From: a virus
Lineage: Duplodnaviria > Caudoviricetes
Length of the DNA stretch: 41,748 bases
Virus record (IMG/VR): IMGVR_UViG_3300022922_000019
Coordinates: 1 to 41,748 of that record
Direction: 5' to 3' (one strand)
Of this stretch, positions 17,202 through 24,867 are shown piece by piece. Under the pieces are notes generated by a model. That model saw nothing but the letters and a program-made list of their open reading frames with translations. It was not told the DNA's origin and ran no database searches. Position 1 is the first letter of the stretch; each line of letters begins with the position of its first letter. Both the position numbers and the translations under genes were made by a program.

Positions 17202-17726
17202 ATGAGCAAAAAAATATTATCATTTGAAGAATACGCTGCTAGTAAAAATTTAGATAGCGCTGAAGAAATCACAGAATCATGTGACGCGTGCGGCGAAGAT
17301 CCATGTGTTTGTGAATCTGAAGAGGTTGAAGACACAGAAGAGGTTGAAGACACAGAAGAGGTTGAAGACACAGAAGAGGTTGAAGACACAGAAGAGGTTG
17401 AAGACACAGAAGAGGTTGAAGACGAAGATGAGGATGAGCAAACATTAGAGTCATGTTCTGAACAATTAAAGAAATGTTATGAATATGCTATTAAAGAAGC
17501 GTGTGATTATGACAAAGATGATTATCCAGATCATACACTAGAAGGTTACCTTAAAGAAAACGCTGCATTAGTTGCTTCATTGTCTGCGTCTGCATTAGAA
17601 CAAGCACATGCTGAGCTTAAAGACGACGAACTTACCATTGAGGTATACGAGTCCTGTTTAAACGCTATGAAAGAATCATACAATAAAAAGATTGACGAGT
17701 TAAAAGAGACTTGGTCATCAAATTAA
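17202..17726 (+). CDS. highly acidic protein with tag variant, Cys cluster and EEVEDT repeats
   Basis: MSKKILSFEEY; CDACGEDPCVC; preceded by GATATATAAATA. Confidence 0.75.
   Translation: MSKKILSFEEYAASKNLDSAEEITESCDACGEDPCVCESEEVEDTEEVEDTEEVEDTEEVEDTEEVEDTEEVEDEDEDEQTLESCSEQLKKCYEYAIKEACDYDKDDYPDHTLEGYLKENAALVASLSASALEQAHAELKDDELTIEVYESCLNAMKESYNKKIDELKETWSSN
17319..17423 (+). repeat. perfect 18-bp tandem repeat, 5.8 copies
   Basis: (GAAGAGGTTGAAGACACA)x5 plus 15 nt, encoding EEVEDT. Confidence 0.97.
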
Positions 17727-17739
17727 AAATTAAATAAAT

Positions 17740-18180
17740 ATGAAACATATAAAACTATTTGAAGCTTTCGTAAACGAAGCAACCGTAGATGCTCAAGGAT
17801 TTGAAGACGAATTTGCATCAGTAATCTTTAGTGTTGAAGAACGCATGGGTAAAAAACTTAATAATAAGCAAATTATGCAAATTATAGTAGTAGCATTTGA
17901 AGAGGTTTGTAAACTAAATAAATTTAAAGAAGTTTCTCACTTATTACCTACAGCTCTTATAAAAGTAGGCGTTGAGTTTGACCCAGGGTTTAAACGCGGA
18001 GGTGCTACGGCTGAAGCGCGTGGTTTTGCAAAAGCTATGTACGGTGCTACAGGCGGTACTTGGCAAGGTACTATGGAGTGTTTTAAAGCATTATACACTA
18101 CTATGGCAAATGTACAAGATAGAAAGGCAAAATTAATAGGAAGTCATCTTACTAGTTGGTTTAATGCTAGTCAAAACTAA
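17740..18180 (+). CDS. tagged hypothetical protein (MKHIKLFEAFVNE)
   Basis: Shared tag; distant paralog of the next gene. Confidence 0.75.
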   Translation: MKHIKLFEAFVNEATVDAQGFEDEFASVIFSVEERMGKKLNNKQIMQIIVVAFEEVCKLNKFKEVSHLLPTALIKVGVEFDPGFKRGGATAEARGFAKAMYGATGGTWQGTMECFKALYTTMANVQDRKAKLIGSHLTSWFNASQN

Positions 18181-18199
18181 ATTAAAAACAATTATAAAA

Positions 18200-18619
18200 A
18201 TGAAACACATTAAATTATTTGAATCTTTCGTAAACGAAGCTAAAAACCCAAATCCAGTAATGTTCGCGGACATGTTTGCTGAAACTATGGCAGATATTGA
18301 AGAATCTGGACAAGAGTTATCTAACGAAAACTTATTGTACATGTTAGAAAGAGCATTTAAAGTTGTTGCTGAACAAAATAATCTTCGCGAAAGAGGTAGC
18401 GCTTTAGAATGGGCCTTTATACGCGAAAAAATTAAAACAGATACTCAATACATGGGTAAAGATTTGTATCAAGATGCAAATATCTTTGGCGAAGCAGCAT
18501 ATGCTGAAACAGCATTTCACTATGATGGTATGGTAGAATGCTTTGTTTATGTTCTTAAAGAATTCGGACTACTTAAGCCATCTCAATGGAAAAAGGTTAA
18601 AAAGAGATTAGAGGCTTAA
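18200..18619 (+). CDS. tagged hypothetical protein (MKHIKLFESFVNE)
   Basis: Start moved to ATG 18200; paralog of the previous gene. Confidence 0.75.
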   Translation: MKHIKLFESFVNEAKNPNPVMFADMFAETMADIEESGQELSNENLLYMLERAFKVVAEQNNLRERGSALEWAFIREKIKTDTQYMGKDLYQDANIFGEAAYAETAFHYDGMVECFVYVLKEFGLLKPSQWKKVKKRLEA

Positions 18620-18637
18620 TAAAATAATACTATTAAA

Positions 18638-19063
18638 ATGAAACATGTAAAACTATATGAAGAGTTCATCAATGAAGGCCTAAAAGCAGGTAGAGATGAG
18701 CCAATTGCAAAAGCTATCATTGCATACAGATATGCCGTAGAAGGCAGCGATCACGCAGACGAACTTAGATCAATGGGCTTGAATCCCGAGAGATCTGATT
18801 CAAATCCAGAACAACAAGAATATCTTTCAGGTTGGGGTAAAGATGCAGTTAGAGCGCTTTCAGGTGCTAGAAGAATTCCTAGTAAATACATGACTGGTAC
18901 TGTAATTACTTTAGCAGCAGATAACGGTAATTCATACTACTTTGACGGTGGTGATTTAGTAGAAGGTGATAAAACTATTATTAGAAATGCTTTGAAATTA
19001 ACTTGGACTCAACTTATTGACGAATTAATCAAGCTAAAAGTTATTGAAGAGCCTAAATACTAA
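18638..19063 (+). CDS. tagged hypothetical protein (MKHVKLYEEFINE)
   Basis: Shared tag; IAYRYAVEG resembles 2901..3494. Confidence 0.75.
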   Translation: MKHVKLYEEFINEGLKAGRDEPIAKAIIAYRYAVEGSDHADELRSMGLNPERSDSNPEQQEYLSGWGKDAVRALSGARRIPSKYMTGTVITLAADNGNSYYFDGGDLVEGDKTIIRNALKLTWTQLIDELIKLKVIEEPKY

Positions 19064-19086
19064 TTGAGTTTAAGTATCATCGAATT

Positions 19087-19128
19087 AAACTTTTTAAAAG
19101 GTCTGTGTATAATGCATGGACCTTTTTT
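19087..19128 (+). promoter_or_regulatory. AAAC-N17-TATAA motif (copy 4) embedded in a terminator hairpin
   Basis: AAAC 19087-19090, TATAA 19108-19112; stem AAAAGGTC/GACCTTTT plus T tract. Confidence 0.65.
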
Positions 19129-19146
19129 ATTTAATAGACTTTAAAT

Positions 19147-19668
19147 ATGCCTAGAATACCAGTAGAAATTATTTATATGCAAATAGCATATCAAACAGCT
19201 AAACTTAGTTATGCTCAGCGCCGCCGTGTTGGTTGTATTATTGTTAAAGATGAACAAATTGTTTCATTTGGTTATAATGGCACTCCACATGGATTTAATA
19301 ATGAGTGTGAAGAAACTTTAGTTGAAACTCAAAATTATGAGAACCCCGATCATGCTTTACATTTAGTAGAAGAACACGGATATGTATGCGAGAATGGATG
19401 CTGTACTAAAGAGACTCAAACTACAAAACGAGAGGTTCTACATGCAGAATCGAATGCTATTACAAAATTAGCAAAATCTACGATGACATCTATTGATGCA
19501 GACCTATATACTACTACGGCTCCATGTTTTGATTGTGCTAAATTAATTATTCAAGCAGGTATTAAACAAGTATATTATTCAGAAGATTATAGAGATATGA
19601 GTGGCGTTGAATTATTAGAAAGGGCAGGAATCATCACAAAACAAGTTATATGTTGGAACGCGGATTAG
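19147..19668 (+). CDS. dCMP deaminase
   Basis: VGCIIVK, GYNGTP, HAESNA, PCFDC, IIQAGI. Confidence 0.93.
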   Translation: MPRIPVEIIYMQIAYQTAKLSYAQRRRVGCIIVKDEQIVSFGYNGTPHGFNNECEETLVETQNYENPDHALHLVEEHGYVCENGCCTKETQTTKREVLHAESNAITKLAKSTMTSIDADLYTTTAPCFDCAKLIIQAGIKQVYYSEDYRDMSGVELLERAGIITKQVICWNAD

Positions 19669-21380
19669 ATCAAATTATCGATAGCGCATTAGAAAAGAAT
19701 ACATTCGGAAAGGATTTTAAATTTAGAAAGGGCCAAAGAGAGATTATCACTAAAATATGTGAAACATATCTCAATGATCCTGACTCTACATTAGTTATAG
19801 ATGCACCGACTGGTGCTGGTAAGTCACTGATTGCGATGTGGTCTGCTCATATCCTAAAAGAGTTAGGTAATAGAGGTTATATGGTTACTAGTGACCTGAG
19901 TCTCCAGGATCAATATGAGACTGACTTCTATAAGTACGGTTTGAGATGGCCGTCAATTAAAGGTGTCGATAATTATGAGTGTTCTGTCAATGGTTTACCA
20001 TTTTCATTGGGTGATTGTAAACTTAAGGGCATGGGTTATGAACAAGCTGAGAAATTAAGTTGTTATAATTCATGTGAATATCTTCAAAACAGAAGAAGAG
20101 CAATTGATCAACCCATTTCACTTCTTAATTATTCATTTTGGCTGATTCAGCGAAACTACGTTGAAGCCAAAATGCAACAGGAAGAACGCACAGTTCCTTT
20201 TGAAAAAAGAGATTTTGTCTTCTTTGACGAAGCACATCGAATAGATGATATTGTACAAAGTCATTTTAGCCCAAGAATAGAACATTCGCTAGTTGAGAAA
20301 ATGGTAACTCTAAATAGATTTGCTAGTAAAAATGGATTTCAAGAAGCTAGTTATACTAAAAATAAAATACAATCATTGGTTAACCATATGATGAGTGGTG
20401 ATAAACACGATGTATTTAGTGCGATGAGTGAATTTGAAAGAATTCTTCATGGTTTTGGTAAGGTTAGACAAGCAGCCAATAAAACTGCTAAAAAAAGATT
20501 TGGTGTTTCAGGTGTGCCTAAAAATTGGCAAACAGCATTTGGTCACTTTGACAGACTTAAAGACGTTCACTGTAAAGTAGAAGATTATCTTAGTTTGATT
20601 AAAGAAGTTGGAGTTGATAAGATGGTATTAGATCAAAATGAACATGAAGCGAAATTCATGTGTGTTGAAGAAAGTCTAATGATTAACAAATATCTACATG
20701 AAAAGGCTGGATTCAAAGTTTTTATGAGTGCTACTATAGGTGATCCTCGAGCATTTGTTAGGATAATGGGAATTAAGAATGCTAAATTTATTAGAATGGA
20801 TAATGCATTTAATTATGATAAATCGCCAGTAGTATTTGTTAATCGCCATAAGCTTTCATTTAGAGAACGAGATGAGAGTTTACCAAAGGTAGTAGAAATA
20901 TTAGATCAAATTATAGATAAACACAAAGGTCAGCGAGGAGTCATTCACACTGGTTCATATGCATTCACTAATTATATCAAGCAAAACAGTAAACATACAT
21001 TTAGATTGATGGATTATGAAAACAGTAAAGAAAAATCAGATATGTTAGAACTTTTTAAAAAGAAAGATGGAGCAGTATTAATGGGTCCATCTCTCTTAGA
21101 GGGTTTAGATTTAAAAGACGATACAAGTCGATTCCAAATATTCTTTAAGGTACCATATCCTTCATTAGGCGATCCATTAATTAAAGCTAAAATGAAAACA
21201 TCAAATGAGTGGTATGATTGGAAAACAGGGATTAGTGTTATGCAAGGTGTTGGTAGATCAGTTAGAAGTAAAGATGATTGGGCTGTAACATATGTGCTGG
21301 ATGCATGTTTTAGAAGTTTGATAAATAAACCAGGGTTTTTCCCTCCAAGTTTTATGGAAAGAGTCAAAACTATAAAATAA
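19650..21380 (+). CDS. DinG/XPD-family SF2 helicase
   Basis: FRKGQ (Q motif), APTGAGKS, four-Cys Fe-S-like cluster, FDEAH, MSAT, EGLD, KVPYP, QGVGRSVR. Confidence 0.9.
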   Translation: MLERGLDQIIDSALEKNTFGKDFKFRKGQREIITKICETYLNDPDSTLVIDAPTGAGKSLIAMWSAHILKELGNRGYMVTSDLSLQDQYETDFYKYGLRWPSIKGVDNYECSVNGLPFSLGDCKLKGMGYEQAEKLSCYNSCEYLQNRRRAIDQPISLLNYSFWLIQRNYVEAKMQQEERTVPFEKRDFVFFDEAHRIDDIVQSHFSPRIEHSLVEKMVTLNRFASKNGFQEASYTKNKIQSLVNHMMSGDKHDVFSAMSEFERILHGFGKVRQAANKTAKKRFGVSGVPKNWQTAFGHFDRLKDVHCKVEDYLSLIKEVGVDKMVLDQNEHEAKFMCVEESLMINKYLHEKAGFKVFMSATIGDPRAFVRIMGIKNAKFIRMDNAFNYDKSPVVFVNRHKLSFRERDESLPKVVEILDQIIDKHKGQRGVIHTGSYAFTNYIKQNSKHTFRLMDYENSKEKSDMLELFKKKDGAVLMGPSLLEGLDLKDDTSRFQIFFKVPYPSLGDPLIKAKMKTSNEWYDWKTGISVMQGVGRSVRSKDDWAVTYVLDACFRSLINKPGFFPPSFMERVKTIK

Positions 21381-21391
21381 AATACACTATT

Positions 21392-22273
21392 ATGAAAAGA
21401 TTTTTAAATAGATTTAGTACTGCTGATAAAATAACTATACTGCTAAAGGTTTTAGCTGTGGGTACATTAGCTTTACTTATGAGTAGTTGTGCTTCTTTAG
21501 ATTTTAGAATTGCTACATTAAATTACGCTGCACAAAGACAGTCGTTGAATGTATCTAGTCCAACTGAGGTAAAAACGTTCACAAGCAGCTTTGACACATT
21601 TAAAAATTTAGATCCTCAAGATTTAGGACTTTCATTTGGTGGAAATTGGGTTCACTGTCGAATTCATGGTTTTCATGATTTAAACAATTGGACAGATTTT
21701 ACTTATAATCCATATTGGTGTAGACCTAGTGCTGGTTTTATGAGAGCGTCTTTATATAACTGGAACTGGGGAGGTTACAATTATTGGAATAATCAAATAT
21801 GGGGATATACTCCACATAGATGGTCGCCTTTTGGATATGACAGATGGGGATATAATAACTGGATGGGTAATGTTTATTATGGTAATGGATGGAACAACTA
21901 TTATGGATGGAACAATACATACGTGCCATATTATTGGAGAAGATCTAATATAAATGGTAGAAGAGGTAATGTTTCACCTAGAGTGCGATCAACTAGAACC
22001 AACACACCAACTAGAGTTATTAGAACTAGGCCTACAAGAACTCGAACACTGCCGAATAATGTTAGACCAACTAGAACACGTACAATACAAAATGATATTA
22101 GACCGGTTAGAACACCTATCAGAAGATCTGATGTAAGACCACCTATGAGAACTGTCACACCACCGATCAATAATACACCTAATAATATTAGACCTGTTAG
22201 AACAAATACTAGGACGACTACTCAACCTAGAAGATCTAAACCAACAAATGTAAAGAAAGACAATTTAAAATAA
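21392..22273 (+). CDS. putative lipoprotein with W/Y/N/G-rich and R/T/P-rich low-complexity regions
   Basis: Signal peptide with lipobox LMSS-C33; aromatic repeats; RPTRTRT-type repeats. Confidence 0.7.
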   Translation: MKRFLNRFSTADKITILLKVLAVGTLALLMSSCASLDFRIATLNYAAQRQSLNVSSPTEVKTFTSSFDTFKNLDPQDLGLSFGGNWVHCRIHGFHDLNNWTDFTYNPYWCRPSAGFMRASLYNWNWGGYNYWNNQIWGYTPHRWSPFGYDRWGYNNWMGNVYYGNGWNNYYGWNNTYVPYYWRRSNINGRRGNVSPRVRSTRTNTPTRVIRTRPTRTRTLPNNVRPTRTRTIQNDIRPVRTPIRRSDVRPPMRTVTPPINNTPNNIRPVRTNTRTTTQPRRSKPTNVKKDNLK

Positions 22274-22279
22274 AAAAAC

Positions 22280-22510
22280 ATGGGATTTAACAAATTATTT
22301 TTACCTGAACTACACACACTTAAACAGCAATTAGAAGAATTAGGAGAAACTAATTTTGGAAAATATTGGTTAAGACGCTTACAAAAGTCTGATGCAACCA
22401 TTGGATCGATTGAGTCGAATGACTTTATTAAACCTTTTGTAGATTTTGCATATAACAATAGCAAACTAATATTTGTAAAAAATGAAATGGATACAGATAT
22501 TAAAAAATAA
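22280..22510 (+). CDS. hypothetical protein
   Basis: 76 aa starting MGFNKLFLP. Confidence 0.65.
   Translation: MGFNKLFLPELHTLKQQLEELGETNFGKYWLRRLQKSDATIGSIESNDFIKPFVDFAYNNSKLIFVKNEMDTDIKK
22430..22455 (+). promoter_or_regulatory. AAAC-N17-TATAA promoter-like motif (copy 5)
   Basis: AAAC 22430-22433, TATAA 22451-22455; near the end of the upstream ORF. Confidence 0.45.
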
Positions 22511-22514
22511 ATTT

Positions 22515-23147
22515 ATGTCAACACAATCAAATACTAATAATCAGCAATTTTATGTTTGGATTAAATCAGAAAGAATTGGCCAAATTGTAGAGGTTGCAGA
22601 AACACAAGACGATTCATCTTGGATTAAATTTACAGATGGTACTAAATGTAATTCTAAACTAGCCGGCGAATTTTTATTACCAGCTTCGAGTGAAGATCAG
22701 GCTAATATGATCGCGAAAGATTTTGGAGGAATTACAACTTATATTGATCCTACTGACGCAACACCAGTTAGACCACGAAGAGATGTGGAACCTACTGATG
22801 CAACTCCTGTTAGGCCTCGAAGAGATGTAGAACCTGTACAAGAAATTAATGTAATGATGGAAATGCTCAAGAAGATGAGCACTAAGAATAAAGCAGATTT
22901 ACCTATTAAAGTAAATCTACCTTCTAAAGAGGTCTATTCTTTACTTAAAGATCAGATGGATATTACAAAGAAAGATCTAAATTCACAAATTGCAGCGCTC
23001 GTAGAAAATCAGATAGATAATTTAAGAGACGAACTAAAAGAACAAATAGAAACATTTATTAATAATTATTATAATGGCAGAACAAACACAACCAACAGAA
23101 CAAGTGGAAGCTCAAGCTCAACAGAATCAGGAAATTCCAACGCGTAG
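22515..23147 (+). CDS. hypothetical protein with 14-aa duplication
   Basis: Likely start ATG 22515, after the upstream stop (track start 22482). Confidence 0.7.
   Translation: MSTQSNTNNQQFYVWIKSERIGQIVEVAETQDDSSWIKFTDGTKCNSKLAGEFLLPASSEDQANMIAKDFGGITTYIDPTDATPVRPRRDVEPTDATPVRPRRDVEPVQEINVMMEMLKKMSTKNKADLPIKVNLPSKEVYSLLKDQMDITKKDLNSQIAALVENQIDNLRDELKEQIETFINNYYNGRTNTTNRTSGSSSSTESGNSNA
22749..22835 (+). repeat. 42-bp direct duplication (PTDATPVRPRRDVE x2)
   Basis: Peptide identical in both copies; DNA differs only at synonymous positions. Confidence 0.9.
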
Positions 23148-23499
23148 AGAGCGTAGACGTAGACTAAAACAACAAGGTGTATTAAGATATCTTAGTAAGA
23201 AGAGTTTTTTAGATCCTATTCGTGCGAATTTTAGAGCAGAAAACATTAAGACTGGTTTTAAGATTCAAGAAATTAGACTTAAACAATTACAAGAAGAGTG
23301 GGAAGAAGCATTCATGACTAGATTAGAGTCTATGAAAGAAACTTGGTATGAAATGGGATATAACTCTGAAGAAATCGGTTGGTTAGAAGAGGCCGCTGCA
23401 ATTAGTTTTGCTAATGTCAAAGAAACACGCCGCGAAGATAGAAAAGAAGCACAACAATTAATGAAACGTGCTAAAGAATCATTGTTAACAAGACAATAG
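23074..23499 (+). CDS. hypothetical protein
   Basis: 141 aa with Arg-rich TRRERRRRLK. Confidence 0.7.
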   Translation: MAEQTQPTEQVEAQAQQNQEIPTRRERRRRLKQQGVLRYLSKKSFLDPIRANFRAENIKTGFKIQEIRLKQLQEEWEEAFMTRLESMKETWYEMGYNSEEIGWLEEAAAISFANVKETRREDRKEAQQLMKRAKESLLTRQ

Positions 23500-23502
23500 A
23501 TT

Positions 23503-23826
23503 ATGTTGAGTATTGGAATCGAGCCAGCAGATAATGGCGTCATTAAAACACTACTAGATGATAACGTCAATGGTGGTGGAGAACAATTTGAGGCTAGACA
23601 GGTTTATGAATTCGAAGGACCTATGAAAAGATCTAATCAAATTAAATTTATTAAAGATTTAATATTTGATTTAGGTATTGACACTGGAACAGAATTAGAT
23701 CCTGATTATCTTCAAATATTTGCCGGATGGGGCAGAAAATACAAAGGTTCCGAAAAGGAAATAAAAAATAAAATCCAAATTTTACAAAAAGAAATTGAAA
23801 GATTAGGATCTATGTTGGAAGAATGA
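23503..23826 (+). CDS. hypothetical protein
   Basis: 107 aa with IEPADNG motif. Confidence 0.7.
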   Translation: MLSIGIEPADNGVIKTLLDDNVNGGGEQFEARQVYEFEGPMKRSNQIKFIKDLIFDLGIDTGTELDPDYLQIFAGWGRKYKGSEKEIKNKIQILQKEIERLGSMLEE

Positions 23827-24224
23827 ATTTAAAAGTCGAAGGCGTTTGGTGTAAAACTAGAACAGAGTTTGATAAATTATCTAAAACAGGTGATTACGAT
23901 CTGTCTGTATCTTATTATGACATTTTTAATAGATTAATTAAAAGTGATCCTAATAACACCGAGCCCTCTGACATAATTATTTCTATTTATATTAGGAAAA
24001 CAATTCAAAAAACTCTAAGAGATCTGGGCGAAGATAGTGATGCTAAGATTCTTTATATGTTTAAATCCCTGAGTGCAGATACTGTTAATGGATTTAGAGA
24101 ATTTATAAATACTATGGTCGATGAAGAATGTGAATTAGATCTATTGGTTGTCAATAGGTGTGATTTTCCAAAAACAGGTGTTCTTAGCAAATTCGATAAT
24201 GTTAGGTTTATAGATAATGATTAA
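23823..24224 (+). CDS. hypothetical protein
   Basis: 133 aa; ATGA overlap. Confidence 0.7.
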   Translation: MNLKVEGVWCKTRTEFDKLSKTGDYDLSVSYYDIFNRLIKSDPNNTEPSDIIISIYIRKTIQKTLRDLGEDSDAKILYMFKSLSADTVNGFREFINTMVDEECELDLLVVNRCDFPKTGVLSKFDNVRFIDND

Positions 24225-24816
24225 ACATAAATTATTTGCAAAGGGTGATCAAATCCATGCGTTAATTTCAACAACGCAACAACCTAACTTATTAATACCG
24301 GTTAGGGCTACTATATATGATGTCAAATTCGATGACATCAATCCACAATATCAAATTAGGATCAAAAAATTCTACGATCCTGTTTATTTTTTAAAGAAAA
24401 ACTTATTTGGTGGGAGATTTATAAAAAACTTTGAAGGAAAAGACACTAAGATAAATCTAAAAAGAGCACTGTATTCTACTGTTGAAGATATTGAAAATAA
24501 TATATTTAACGGTGACAAATGGAAGCAATATTTAATTGTAGTTGATTCTGTTTTTTGTACAAGAACTCGAGCTGAACAGGAATCCCTTTTTAATAAAATT
24601 CAAACATTTCATATTGAAATGAAGATTAAAGAACTTTATGAATTAGTGAATAGGTCAGTATATAGAAACGGTGAATTCTATTGGCACACGAAGGGTGAAT
24701 ATATAAAATCCTTACAGAAATTCTTAGGAAATAAATATCCCAAAGATTCTAAATGGGTAGATGAACTGTTATATAGACCTGATACTGACGAAATGGACAA
24801 CGCAGAATGGGTTTAA
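24217..24816 (+). CDS. hypothetical protein
   Basis: 199 aa; overlaps the upstream stop. Confidence 0.7.
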   Translation: MIKHKLFAKGDQIHALISTTQQPNLLIPVRATIYDVKFDDINPQYQIRIKKFYDPVYFLKKNLFGGRFIKNFEGKDTKINLKRALYSTVEDIENNIFNGDKWKQYLIVVDSVFCTRTRAEQESLFNKIQTFHIEMKIKELYELVNRSVYRNGEFYWHTKGEYIKSLQKFLGNKYPKDSKWVDELLYRPDTDEMDNAEWV

Positions 24817-24840
24817 TATAATATCCTACCATATTAGGTA

Positions 24841-24848
24841 GATATATA
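24841..24848 (+). promoter_or_regulatory. GATATATA putative late promoter of the baseplate cluster
   Basis: Intergenic, 19 nt before the first structural ATG. Confidence 0.55.
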
Positions 24849-24867
24849 TAAAAAAGAATATCCATAT

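Noticed and set aside
17319-17423. 18-bp repeats as a CRISPR array
   Set aside because: The units are contiguous with no spacers and are in frame within a CDS.
17319-17423. EEVED as a mimic of the Hsp70/Hsp90 EEVD motif
   Set aside because: It is internal rather than C-terminal, and the context is a bacteriophage.
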